DNA from: Flectonema sp. DT1601
Taxonomy: Eukaryota
NCBI GenBank assembly: GCA_964019425.1
Contig: OZ025780.1
Span: 1,240,001 to 1,304,000, forward strand
Direction: 5' to 3'
Length of the DNA stretch: 64,000 nucleotides
Each line of letters begins with the position of its first letter. Position 1 is the first letter of the stretch. A model generated the notes under the pieces. The model saw only the letters and a list, made by a program, of their open reading frames with translations. It was not told where the DNA came from and searched no databases. Shown in pieces: positions 11,826 to 23,849 of the stretch. Position numbers and translations under genes: made by a program.

Positions 11826-13887
11826 ATCTGTTTGAACATCTGCAGCATCCCGATTGAGATGTGGTGTTCACCAGAGGTGGTAATTGGAAATGCGACTCAC
11901 CCACTAGAGCAAGTTGAACCATCCGTTTTATTAAATATTAATTACAACTCAACAAGAAAGTGTGTTGGTCTCAGACTTGGATATCAAAAGAGAGGACTAA
12001 TTCCTCAACTCAGATTATCAAATATACATCCAGAAGGTGGCACTGTCCCTTGTATTGAAGCAGAGAAAGTACCCTCCAGCGATGGTAGAGACAGTCGTGA
12101 ATGGTAAAGAAGAAGATGAAAATTCAGAAACGAGAAAACAATACATTATAAGGTCTGTTGCGGAAGAGCATCGCTGTCACGATTTGTTTCGTAAAAAGCA
12201 AGAAGATGCTGCACTGTAAAGTAAGTTGACGTTACCCTGCAACAGCTACTCTGTTTCAATTATCCTTGTTGGAAAAACGTGTCGAGATAAAATAAAATAC
12301 CACTGGAAGCCACGTGATTGGAAGGCGGAAGGGAAGATAAGAATGAGCAATTTTTTTTTTTTTTGTATTCTAAAGCACCATTTTAACAATAAAAACGATA
12401 ATTTGACATCTGCTGAATTTCGTAAAGATACAGTGACTACGGCGATGCTAAATTTGTTCTTAAGGGGCCATTTTTTTTTTTTTTTTTTTTTTAATTCTTT
12501 CCCACCAGAAGAACAGAATCAGAGAACAATTCACGAACGTCACGAACTGCTGTTATCTGACGCATCTCATATAAATAATCAACTTACAAATATAACTTTC
12601 AAAACCTATTCTAATCTATACGGTGTTCTCGAACCACTTCAAGAAGGAAACTTTGCCTACATTTACAACTGTACGCCATCGAGAAGCCAGACGAGACCCG
12701 GAAATGAAAAATTTACAATGACTGTGACACCGTTACGGCGAAAGTGTTTTTCAAAAATGATTAAAGAACCTACATCTAATGAAGTATACAACCCTCGTAG
12801 TGTTGTAACAATAGATTGCCTGCAATCACTTCAACATTGCACAAGGTTTGACACAATTGGTATCGTCTTACAAACAGGTGCTATTCGTGAGTATCCTGGT
12901 ACAGAAATTCAATCAATGGTATTGTGCTGTAGTGGGACGGACTCAACTGGTCGTGCGTCTAACAGCATTCTTCGAATTGAGGCAAAGAGAACTGCCGCCA
13001 AGGTATCTACACTAGCATCTGCTGCCCACTCCAGTAAGCAGGGCTGTGTAATTGGGTTCCTTGACTTACAATACGTTGGATCACAAGTAATAAATACTTC
13101 TGATGGGGGTTCTCTTGTAGTTCACGTTGCTTCTCTCGATGAGAAGAGCAGTGTGAAGGAGCAAATAAAGTACAGAATTACTATTAAAACTCGGCGCTTC
13201 TGAAAAGCACGTCACCTTGAGATGGGTTCAGCACCATACTCGTTTACTTTTAATAAAGTTTTCACAACAAGACAACACATATTCAGTACCGAGTTGTCTT
13301 ATTAAATTCTCATCAGCAGAGAACTTATTAAGTCAACTAATCTACCGATATAATAAAGAGTACAGATCCCCATTGCTTCAAATTTATCACAAAGACCGAG
13401 ACACTACAGGGAGGTGTCTATGTCTTAAACTCATAAAGTGTTCTGCTGAATTGAAAACAGTCGAAGTAACTGATGGTTGGTATATTGCAACTGCCCGAAT
13501 TGACTCTCCGCTTTGTGAAAAAATAACATCTGGGAAGGTTAGTAGGGCAGAGTGACTTATTTGAGAGTTCAATATTAAAAGATTGGAATAGTTTTTCAAT
13601 GGCATTACTTCCGAGAGTACTCCCCAATTGTAATGAAAGGTTTTCACTATTTAACGGGAAAACAATCTGATCCATGCATTCTCCTGCTCTCGCTCTGTGA
13701 TGCATTCCGCTAGTGATCCCACCTGGTACCTGAGAAGGATATTTTCGTAGAATACCTGCTGGTGTTGGTATCGCTAAGTCTGATACCCGTTTTGGCTTTT
13801 GCTCGGCTGCGGGTTCGACTACCGAAGCACCCGAAGCTGCGGCAATTTTTTTCGGAGGTTTGAATCCCTTGGTGTTGCTCTGTCTCC
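11826..13887. pseudogene. BRCA2: Rearranged partial duplicate of BRCA2 (direct and inverted pieces)
   Basis: Five near-identical pieces of 17978-19938 in mixed orientation with small deletions; explains the + ORFs 11832-12107, 12037-12219, 12226-13203 and 13217-13555. Confidence 0.9.
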
Positions 13888-14146
13888 GAGAACGGAACTG
13901 CGGTTTTCTCACAGCCACAATAACAAACATAGTACAGCAGAAATAGCAAGCAAAATACTTCATGATTTGAGGTGCTTCCACGTATAAAAGGATACTAACA
14001 GAGTACCTGAATAGTGGACCTCCGTCTTCTTGATTAACGACAAGTGGAACAAAGGGGGCGGGGAATTCAATTAAAAAAAAGGGGGAAAAAACTAAAAGAA
14101 CAAAAACACAACAACAATAACAATGTCATCGCATTTATTTATTTAT

Positions 14147-14802
14147 TTAATGCCATAAACGAATTATTTCTGTGCACATTTCATCACTCGCGGAGTAGAA
14201 ATAACCCGATAATTACATTCCGTACACAAGGCCGATGGCTGGCAAATCGAAATTATCACAAAAGTGTGAAGTTACGACCAAATCTAATACAGCAGTAAAA
14301 TTATGATTTTCTGTTTTTGGTTTAAAATGGCTGTGGCGATGTAGTTATTGACCTGTAATAATCCGGGTGATTTTGACATAATGGCAATTATGTTGGGGGT
14401 GATTTTAAGTTTTCCGGGAGGATAATTTAATGGATGTGGATAATGGGCATCAGTAAGAGTGTGATTATGGCCTCAGTGGCATTATGAGCCCTAATTTCAC
14501 GCTTCTTTCAAACGTAAAATTATTGAGCCCGTGAGTGTAATTATGGGGAGGGCAATAGTGAATGGAAGAAATCAGCAGCGGTTCTCGTGATGAAATGTGC
14601 ACAGTCCTAATTCTAATTTATGGCATTAAATATAAAATTGGGCGGTAAGTTGACATAATGTCTAACTCTCAACTCATAATTATCATCTCGTGGTGATGCC
14701 GACCCCTCGCGCTTCGCGCTCGGCGCCGGAATCCCCACTCGATAATAATTAAACTGTTTCGAGTTGAATTATCAACTTAAGCATCCCCCCAATTAATACA
14801 CA
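14147..14802. mobile_element. Non-coding insertion with internal inverted repeats and a long GC-tipped hairpin, copy 1
   Basis: Absent from the paralogous site at ~15608-15630; inverted repeat 14147-14187/14587-14629; hairpin 14669-14767 with gcgcttcgcgc tip; related inverted copy at 58154-58680. Confidence 0.8.
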
Positions 14803-14896
14803 TATTTTTTGCCATTACACACGTTGAATAAAACTAAGAGGTTCTTTTTTCTCCTAGGAATCGCTTATGCAACAACTGAGGAGAATTGTTGTCTGC

Positions 14897-15412
14897 CTAC
14901 ACACTCTGGTATCCACCACGACATATTTTATTCTTCAAGAATACAGCACCGTCCTTAATAAGGATCGGTAAGTCCTTCCAGAAGTTTAGGTTAGGAATGA
15001 CATTTACTCCACGCTCGCCCTTTCTCTTCTTTTTTGGAGTTGGAGTCGGTGGACCAGGTGGGCCTGGAGGACCAGGTTGAGTTGGTGTTGGAGTTTGAGG
15101 TGGACCTGGAGGCGTTGGAGTTGGTGGGGTTGGTGGAGGAGGGTGGTTTGGTGCACAGATGATATCTCCAGCGCCAGTACCATCTTCAACGTAGCATCCG
15201 GATATTTTCGTAGAATACCTGCTGGTGTTGGTATCGCTAAGTCTGATACCCGTTTTGGCTTTTGCTCGGCCGCGGGTTCGACTACCGAAGCACCCGAAGC
15301 TGCGGCAATTTTTTTCGGAGGTTTGAATCCCTTGGTGTTGCTCTGTCTCCGAGAACGGAACTGCGGTTTTCTCACAGCCACAATAACAAACATAGTACAG
15401 CAGAAATAGCAA
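14897..15412 (-). pseudogene. Chimeric ORF: intergenic piece + BRCA2 fragment + TM-deleted M6PR-like fragment
   Basis: 15199-15350 matches BRCA2 ~19791-19938; 14897-15198 matches the M6PR-like gene with the TM segment and last intron deleted (PTPKKK|RKGERG). Confidence 0.75.
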
Positions 15413-15709
15413 GCAAAATACTTCATGATTTGAGGTGCTTCCACGTATAAAAGGATACTAACAGATGGACCTCCGTCTTCTTGATTAACGACAAGTGGAA
15501 CAAAGGGGGCACTTTGATACGATTCGAAAAGGGGGCGGGGAATTCAATTAAAAAAAAGGGGGAAAAACTAAAAGAACAAAAACACAACAACAATAACAAT
15601 GTCATCGCATTTATTTATTTTTTGCCATTACACACGTTGAATAAAACTAAGAGGTTCTTTTTTCTCCTAGGAATCGCTTATGCAACAACGGAGGAGAATT
15701 GTTGTCTGC

Positions 15710-16517
15710 CTACACACTCTGGTATCCACCACGACATATTTTATTCTTCAAGAATACAGCACCGTCCTTAATAAGGATCGGTAAGTCCTTCCAGAAGTTT
15801 AGGTTAGGAATGACATTTACTCCACGCTCACCCTTTACCTGTTTTTTGAGTTGCTTTTTTGCGTTTGGTAAAGACAACCAATAAATTTAATAACAAGAAA
15901 CATAACAAACCTTGAACATAACGGCAGCTCCAATAGCGAAGTACAAAAATCCCCCAACGAAGAAGATGATGAGGAAGACACCACCTCCAGTCAGACCACC
16001 GCTACTCTTCTTTTTTGGAGTTGGAGTCGGTGGACCAGGTGGGCCTGGAGGACCAGGTTGAGTTGGTGTTGGAGTTTGAGGTGGACCTGGAGGCGTTGGA
16101 GTTGGTGGGGTTGGTGGAGGAGGGTGGTTTGGTGCACAGATGATATCTCCAGCGTCGGAACCATCTTCAACCTGGCATCCGTAACCAGATCCCATCAGAC
16201 TCTTTGTAGTATCAGCACCGTGTGCCATGTCCCATTTGTCCATCAGACCACAAAGAGTTGTCGCACAGGTAGTCATCGTATCCGTGTCAGCTGGAGTCAT
16301 TCCCAAGTTACATGACGACGATTGCTTATTGATAGTTAGTGTATTACAGTCCTGATGTTTATTATTTAAGTTTTTTTTTTTTTCAAAATAAATAAACAAT
16401 TCTCAAATAAATACTATTGCGAGTTTATGTATTTTAAGATTTTCTCACAAAGTTGACTATGCATACCACCGCAGCTGCCGATGAAAAGAGTCCCACTAAG
16501 ACAACGAAGGTGTTCAT
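15710..16517 (-). CDS. M6PR/ATG27-like type I membrane protein, copy C (3 exons, ~206 aa)
   Basis: Exons 16517-16467, 16351-15911 and 15838-15710; donors GTATGC and GTTTGT, CAG acceptors; same architecture as copy A. Confidence 0.8.
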
Positions 16518-17029
16518 GTTGTATTTTGCCCGAGTCTGTGATGGATAATAAGTAACTTTAACACACAAAGACAACAATCTGTTCTTTTTTCTATCCAATG
16601 TAATTATTGTTGGACCTGGCTTGCGTAATAAATGTTACCACACAGGTATTGTAAGGCAATACATCCTTCGCTTCGACCCGAGTTTAAGGAAACTCGATAG
16701 CAACAGAGACTTTAAAAAAAAAAAAATAAATAAATAAACAACAATTAATGCAACACCTATTCACTCTTCTCTTTCATCAGATTCGTTTACCTGGCCGCGG
16801 AGAAGTCCGCGTCACACGAAGTAAACCACAATAGGAGAACTGAAGTGTTAAAGAGATAGGTCTGCAAAAAAATGAGAGTCGTGCAACTACACGATACAGC
16901 TATAAGAGTAGCACCACAATATATATACCTAAAAAAAGTATTTTTAAATAAAGTAATAAAATAATCTAATGTCGATTACCGCAATAGAAATCTCGTTTAG
17001 GGTTTGAAGCAAAGGGACTGAAACCTAGT

Positions 17030-20000
17030 TCAGTAGAGGTCAGAAGCAACCACAGCATGAGTGAGGGGGAAAACTTTATGAACTGTCCACTGAAGCTGTT
17101 GCTGTGGCGGAATTGCTTCAGCAGATTTACGAATAAAAACGGATGACCGCTGACGGAGTGTTGCTTTGAGAAAGATATTGGCATTACTTGCAAGTGTAGT
17201 ATAAAATAACTTCCAATCAGCAGCTGAGAATGGAACACAGTCAGGAGGGCATTTGCCTGAAGAACCATCGACAATAAATGCACTGCACAAACAAGCAAAT
17301 ATTTTCAGTACTGAACTGCTGTATTGGTTAAGAACCTGTTTACGTTCATCACCTAAGTCTCCAACACCTCCTTCTAAGAGACCAAGTAACAGCTGTCTTG
17401 CTTTGCTATTTATCTCACTATTCCCTCCAAGTAAAAGTTGTTGAAAACAATGTTTATCCATTGTGACGCATTTCAATTCAGACCAGCCGTCTTGAAGCGA
17501 ACACTTCATTGACTGTTTTTATTTGTTTTCTATTGTTGTTGTCGTATTCAATACTTTTAAGGAATCGTGTAAGGTTTATTATTTTTTAAAGTAAAAACAT
17601 ACAAATGATGAATCAGAAAGCCAAGATGGAAGCTGTCCACCTGTTGGGGGTCTACAATCTTCCATAAGTCTAGATGTGATAGTTGCATTAGACGTTGGAT
17701 CTGAAAGAGTAATCCACCAAGGGAGTGTGAAGTGACCAAACACATGTAAAACAGATTCAAAACAAGTCTTCTGAACGCATTCTGCAGACACACCAGGAGA
17801 GGGAGCAAGTTCTGGTGGAGGAACAGTCACATTAACTCCATTCCCTCTCACAGACATCGGAGTCACTGATAAAGCTGTTTCCGTATTTACCTGTCGAGGT
17901 GTATTATTAATAGTTGGTGTTGCTTGTCTGACTGCACTAGCTATTCGTCCACTTTTATTTCGTAACCTGTTGTAGATATCTGTTTGAACATCTGCAGCAT
18001 ACCGATTGAGATGTGGTGTGTACTTTATTTGCTCCTTCACACTGCTCTTCTCATCGAGAGAAGCAACGTGAACTACAAGAGAACCCCCATCAGAAGTATT
18101 TACTACTTGTGATCCAACGTATTGTAAGTCAAGGAACCCAATTACACAGCCCTGCTTACTGGAGTGGGCAGCAGATGCTAGTGTAGATACCTTGGCGGCA
18201 GTTCTCTTTGCCTCAATTCGAAGAATGCTGTTAGACGCACGACCAGTTGAGTCCGTCCCACTACAGCACAATACTATTGATTGAATTTCTGTACCAGGAT
18301 ACTCACGAATAGCACCTGTTTGTAAGACAATACCAATTGTGTCAAACCTTGTGCAATGTTGAAGTGATTGCAGGCAATCTATTGTTACAACACTACGGGG
18401 GTTGTATACTTCATTAGATGTAGGTTCTTTTATCATTTTTGAAAAACACTTTCGCCGTAACGGTGTCACAGTCATTGTAAATTTTTCATTTCCGGGTCTC
18501 GTCTGGCTTCTCGATGGCGTACAGTTGTAAATGTAGGCAAAGTTTCCTTCTTGAAGTGGTTCGAGAACACCGTATAGATTAGAATAGGTTTTGAAAGTTA
18601 TATTTGTAAGTTGATTATTTATATGAGATGCGTCAGATAACAGCAGTTCGTGACGTTCGTGAATTGTTCTCTGATTCTGTTGAAGAACAGATTGCTTTTC
18701 ACTTAATAATTTTTCAGACATTTGCTGATAAGTATTTCTATATCTTTCATGTTCAGTAGGGGAGTCACTTCGAGGTTGTTTAATTGTTTTTTGAATAGTC
18801 CGCTCGATGTCATACCTGCAGTCAGCTGCAGCATCTTCTTGCTTTTTACGAAACAAATCGTGACAGCGATGCTCTTCCGCAACAGACCTTATAATGTATT
18901 GTTTTCTCGTTTCTGAATTTTCATCTTCTTCTTTACCATTCACGACTGTCTCTACCATCGCTGGAGGGTACTTTCTCTGAACGCAAACTTCAATACAAGG
19001 GACAGTGCCACCTTCTGGGTGTATATTTGATAATCTGAGTTGAGGAATTAGTCCTCTCTTTTGATATCCAAGTCTGAGACCAACACACTTTCTTGTTGAG
19101 TTGTAATTAATATTTAATAAAACGGATGGTTCAACTTGCTCTAGTGGGTGAGTCGCATTTTCAATTACCACCTCTGGTGAATAAGTCAGAATTGTGTGTC
19201 CTACACACAGCATCCCAGATGTTATTTTTTCACAAAGCGGAGAGTCAATTCGGGCAGTTGCAATATACCAACCATCAGTTACTTCGACTGTTTTCAATTC
19301 AGCAGAACACTTTATGAGTTTAAGACATAGACACCTCCCTGTAGTGTCTCGGTCTTTGTGATAAATTTGAAGCAATGGGGATCTCACTCCTTGAGCGTAT
19401 TCTTTATTATATCGGTAGATTAGTTGACTTAATAAGTTCTCTGCTGATGAGAATTTAATAAGACAACTCGGTACTGAATACGTATTGTCTTGTTGTGAAA
19501 ACTTTATTAAAAGTAAACGAGTATGGTGCTGAACCCATCTCAAGGTGACGTGCTTTTCAGAAGCGCCGAGTTTTAATAGTAATTCTCGAAGGTTAGTAGG
19601 GCAGAGTGACTTATTTGAGAGTTCAATATTAAAAGATTGGAATAGTTTTTCAATGGCATTACTTCCGAGAGTACTCCCCAATTGTAATGAAAGGTTTTCA
19701 CTATTTAACGGGAAAACAATCTGATCCATGCATTCTCCTGCTCTCGCTCTGTGATGCATTCCGCTAGTGATCCCACCTGGTACCTGAGAAGGATATTTTC
19801 GTAGAATACCTGCTGGTGTTGGTATCGCTAAGTCTGATACCCGTTTTGGCTTTTGCTCGGCCGCGGGTTCGACTACCGAAGCAACCGAAGCTGCAATTTT
19901 TTTCGGAGGTTTGAATCCCTTGGTGTTGCTCTGTCTCCCAGCTGCGAAGCTCTGCAGGGCTGCAGATTTGTGAAGCTGCCTTTTTCCCAAAGATGGTCTT

Positions 20001-21967
20001 CGTAAGTTAGGTGTTGATATTCCTGATGGACGAGCTCGTTGAATAAATTTTGAAGACCTCAAAGGTGTTGGACTTGTTTCCGGGTTTTGACGTTTCCCTG
20101 ACGCTGTGGTCTCGTTTTCCGTTTGTTCGGCTACTTTAGTATCGCCGTCAGTGAGCCCCAACTTCTTTCTGATTGTCGCTGCTTTCTCTTCATCGACAGA
20201 TACTTCCCTACCAGATGCAGTTGTTAAAGTCCCAACAGCTGGGTGATGTTCACTCTCATTGTAATCGTCATCATTGAGTCCTAACTTTGTTCTTATTTTA
20301 GCTGCTGCTTTTACATCAACAGAGACTTCCCTACCAGAACCTGTCGTCAGGGTACCGAATGCAGATGTGGGTGGGCAGTCGTCTTCGACATCATTATCGA
20401 GACCCAGTTTTTTAATCATTTTGGCTGCAGCCTTTGTATTGACTGAGACTTCCCTACCAGAACCTGTCGTCAGGGTACCGAATGCAGACGTGGGTGGGCA
20501 GTCGTCTTCGACATCATTATCGAGACCCAGTTTTTTAATCATTTTGGCTGCAGCCTTTGTATTGACTGAGACTTCCCTACCAGAACCTGTCGTCAGGGTA
20601 CCGAATGCAGACGTGGGTGGGCAGTCGTCTTCGACATCATTATCGAGACCCAGTTTTTTAATCATTTTGGCTGCAGTCTTTGTATTGACTGAGACTTCCC
20701 TACCAGAACCTGTCGTCAGGGTACCAAATTCTGATGTTGGAGGTGCGTCATCATCAAAGAGTCCCATCTTTTTCTGAAGCCTTTTTGCTGCTTCGTTGTC
20801 TACCGTAACAGGGGTCCCAGAGCCTGTGGTGAGGATTCCAAAAGCTGATGTGGGGGACTCATCAGATGCTTTATTTCCTAACTTTTTACTAATTCGTTCC
20901 GCTGCTTGTGCATCAACCGTCACTGGTTTTCCGCTTCCTGTAGTGAGAGTTCCGAATTCAGTAGTTGGGAGAGAGGCAGTATCTTCATCGTTATCAACTT
21001 TTAACTTCTTTCGAATTCCATTTGCCGGTTCCACTTGTTGATTCACTGCAGCAGGTCCTCCAAAAGTAGTAGTGAGGATCTCATTGGATGTGATTGGTAG
21101 TTCGTCAAGTTCTTCAATTCCAAGTTTTTTATTGATTCGTTTAGCTGTTCGTTCATCGACTGGTTTGAAGTGAGAGGGTTTCCCGCTACCTGTTGTGAGG
21201 ATTCCAAATTCTTTTGTAGGAAGGTCATCATCGTCTGACTGTTGGTCATCATTAAGAGAAGTATTATTTGCGTTTGTTTTCTCACTAACTGTGAAAGAAT
21301 CGAGCTTCAGCTTCTTTCTAGCCATAGCAACAGTTTCTTTATTTACAGAAACCGGTTTTCCAGAACCAGAGGTGAGGATTCCAAATTTTGATGTCGGTAG
21401 TTGTTCGTCTACTGTGGGAGTGTTCTGTAAGACATCTCTTCGACTAGGAATACTTGAAGGTGGTTGTGTTTCTAAACTCAGACTTTGATTTCTTTCGATA
21501 TGATCATTTTTATTAAGAATACCAACAGACATGATTGGATCATCTGGTGTCGCAAGTTGAACTTCAGATGGATTGATTGGTATTTTCGTGTCCACACTAC
21601 GCGAGTCAGAGCTGCTTGAAGTGCTTCTCGGTGCAGATTTCTTTTTAGAAGATTTTGCAGTTGGTTTTTTCTTCTTAGTGATTAGATTTTCCTCTGTGTC
21701 AGTAGTGGAACAGCTCGGTGTACGCTGACGTCTTGTTTGAACTTTCCTTGGTCTTCCTCTTGTTTTCTTTATAGGAGTTGATTCTTGAGATGGAAACAGT
21801 TGAGTATCTTCTAACGCAGCCCCTGCAGACTTTTTCTTTATTGAGGCATTTATTACTTCTGTATCATCACTTTCAATATCGAGGGGCTCATCACCACTTG
21901 AAGTGGTCGCCTTCTTCTTTCTCTTTGACTTCTTTGCACTAGTAGAGGGCTTTCGACGACCAGACAT
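17030..21967 (-). CDS. BRCA2: BRCA2 homologue (2 exons, ~1615 aa)
   Basis: About 10 BRC-like repeats (TTGSGREVSV...KKL), a GFKPP PhePP-like motif, helical-domain motifs (WVQHH, QLIYRYNKEY) and OB1 motifs (EVTDGWY, LNINYNSTR, GGTVPCI); phase-0 GT-AG intron 17602-17513 joins the 17030-17512 exon. Confidence 0.92.
20320..20730 (-). repeat. 123-bp coding tandem repeat (near-identical BRC units)
   Basis: gaacctgtcgtcagggtacc recurs every 123 nt, four times. Confidence 0.9.
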
Positions 21968-22394
21968 GATGTAATTCGCAACAATCTGCTAGAGGAAGAA
22001 ATCAATGAAAATATGAAGGCTCTCTATTACGTTTATAGAGACAAATCGATTATTCACTTTCTCACATATATTTCCATGTGTCTCTTGTGGGGAAGGAACA
22101 ACATAAAAACACAATTGAATTATAAACTAACATATCACTCATTTCAAATCTACTATTAAGTTACCTCAGGTACTGGCTGGAATCTATCGCCAAGAGGGAT
22201 GACATAAATCTATAAAAAAAATAAAAAAAAAACAGGAGTGGGAGGAGTCTGTCACGGGACGGGTTCAATCACAAGAGAAGAAAAGAAAAAAAGAAACTAA
22301 GACAAGCTGCAAGTGTCCTTAATTCCATCTGTACAAGTGAAGAGCCAAATATATTTTAAATTCAGTGAGAATATCTATTTTAAAAGTCGTCTAT

Positions 22395-23849
22395 TTACAT
22401 ATCATATCTACGAGTAAAAGATCTTTGACCAGATCTTAATGTTGGATGATGTTCCTCATGTCGTAGTTGTTGATGAGTTTGACGGTGCTCAGGGTATCTC
22501 ATATATCCTTCAGAAGATTGATCAACTGATAAGGAACCAAGACTATCTACTAATCGACGATCTGTTCGAGATGGTTTCCGTTCTTCCCATTCTGGAGAAA
22601 CTAAATTAGGGTCCTCGTACTGATCATGTTTTGGGTAAAGAGGATGTTCATTATTTTCTCTTTCCCTCTCTTGTTCTCTCTCTCTAGGATCATACTGTGG
22701 ACTTGTAAAGTTTCTTTTACTCGAGTGGCGACGTTCTGGAATTCTTTCCGGACTCTCAGGGCTCGCAATCGTACTCTCGTCAGATACGAATGTGGCACCA
22801 GGAGATTCCAGTCTGTCAGGGATATAAGAAACATCTCTGAGTATTGGAACAGGTGCCGCAACTTTCATTGAAGCTCCAGTGTGTTGCTGAGGTTGAGGCA
22901 GAACCTGGACTTGAGAATGAGCTTGTAGCTGTTGAATTTGTTCCGGAACACTTGGTGGGTAGTCAGCCATTTTTTTCTGACTTCCCTGAAACAGTAGCCC
23001 GTGAGACTTCTTTGGTGCATCAACCTTAGGCGGTGCCTTCGTGTGAGAAGTAACATTAGGAGGAGGTACTTGTGATTGCTGTCTATAAGGATGAGGTCCA
23101 ATATGACCAGAAGATGGTGGGGATCTACTCAAACCATTACTTGACATAGGTGTGCTCATTTCACGTTGAGGGTACTGACGAGTTACCTTTTTTGGTCTTT
23201 TTGATGAACGTTCCCTCTCATGTCTCTCATGCTCGCGTTTCACAAGTGGCTTCTTTGTATCCGACGATGACGATACAGATCCTTGTGGTGGATTATGACT
23301 TTTTACTTCGGTAAGTGTTGGGACCTGATCACTTATCTTACTTGATATTAATAATAATACCAACCACAATAAACAAAATAGTGCAGCAGCGAGTAATACT
23401 ATCATAACAATTCCTTCTGTTTGCTTCGTTAGAGAACATGATTTGGGTTCCTCTAAGCAAATAGCACCGTTTGTTACGGTGCAAACTTCAACTTTGGTTG
23501 GAATAATCCGAACGGTGTATCTAAGTAGTTGGGAGGTACCACTGGATAGTTCGATAAACTTTTGTGTTAGTTGTAGTGAATCTGCTTCAGAAGAACCTTT
23601 CAAAACGATTTGTGCTATTGTTTGACCTCCAAACCCATCAACAACTCCAGAATCTACAACAGAGATGATGTTAGCAGTCTCACCTCCGCTCACTCCAAGC
23701 TCTGATTCAATGGATCCAACCAAAAGACTTACATTTACTTTTTGTATCGGATCATCAATCCAAACAAGTACACTCTTCGATGAATATATCGTACTCGCTC
23801 CGAGACATGATGTCAGTAATGTTAACAGGGCGAGGGTGGGAAACAACAT
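22395..23849 (-). CDS. Single-pass membrane protein with signal peptide and disordered cytosolic tail
   Basis: Long ORF; likely start MLFPTLALL at 23849 just after ttttacAG; TM IVMIVLLAAALFCLLWLVLLLI. Confidence 0.8.
   Translation of the reverse strand: MLFPTLALLTLLTSCLGASTIYSSKSVLVWIDDPIQKVNVSLLVGSIESELGVSGGETANIISVVDSGVVDGFGGQTIAQIVLKGSSEADSLQLTQKFIELSSGTSQLLRYTVRIIPTKVEVCTVTNGAICLEEPKSCSLTKQTEGIVMIVLLAAALFCLLWLVLLLISSKISDQVPTLTEVKSHNPPQGSVSSSSDTKKPLVKREHERHERERSSKRPKKVTRQYPQREMSTPMSSNGLSRSPPSSGHIGPHPYRQQSQVPPPNVTSHTKAPPKVDAPKKSHGLLFQGSQKKMADYPPSVPEQIQQLQAHSQVQVLPQPQQHTGASMKVAAPVPILRDVSYIPDRLESPGATFVSDESTIASPESPERIPERRHSSKRNFTSPQYDPREREQERERENNEHPLYPKHDQYEDPNLVSPEWEERKPSRTDRRLVDSLGSLSVDQSSEGYMRYPEHRQTHQQLRHEEHHPTLRSGQRSFTRRYDM

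Noticed and set aside
12226..13555. Plus-strand ORFs as independent genes
   Set aside because: They are inverted, deleted BRCA2 fragments fused to non-coding DNA.
20274..21488. Plus-strand ORFs overlapping BRCA2 (likewise 40688-41356 and 61295-61681)
   Set aside because: Antisense shadows of repetitive or ordinary coding sequence.
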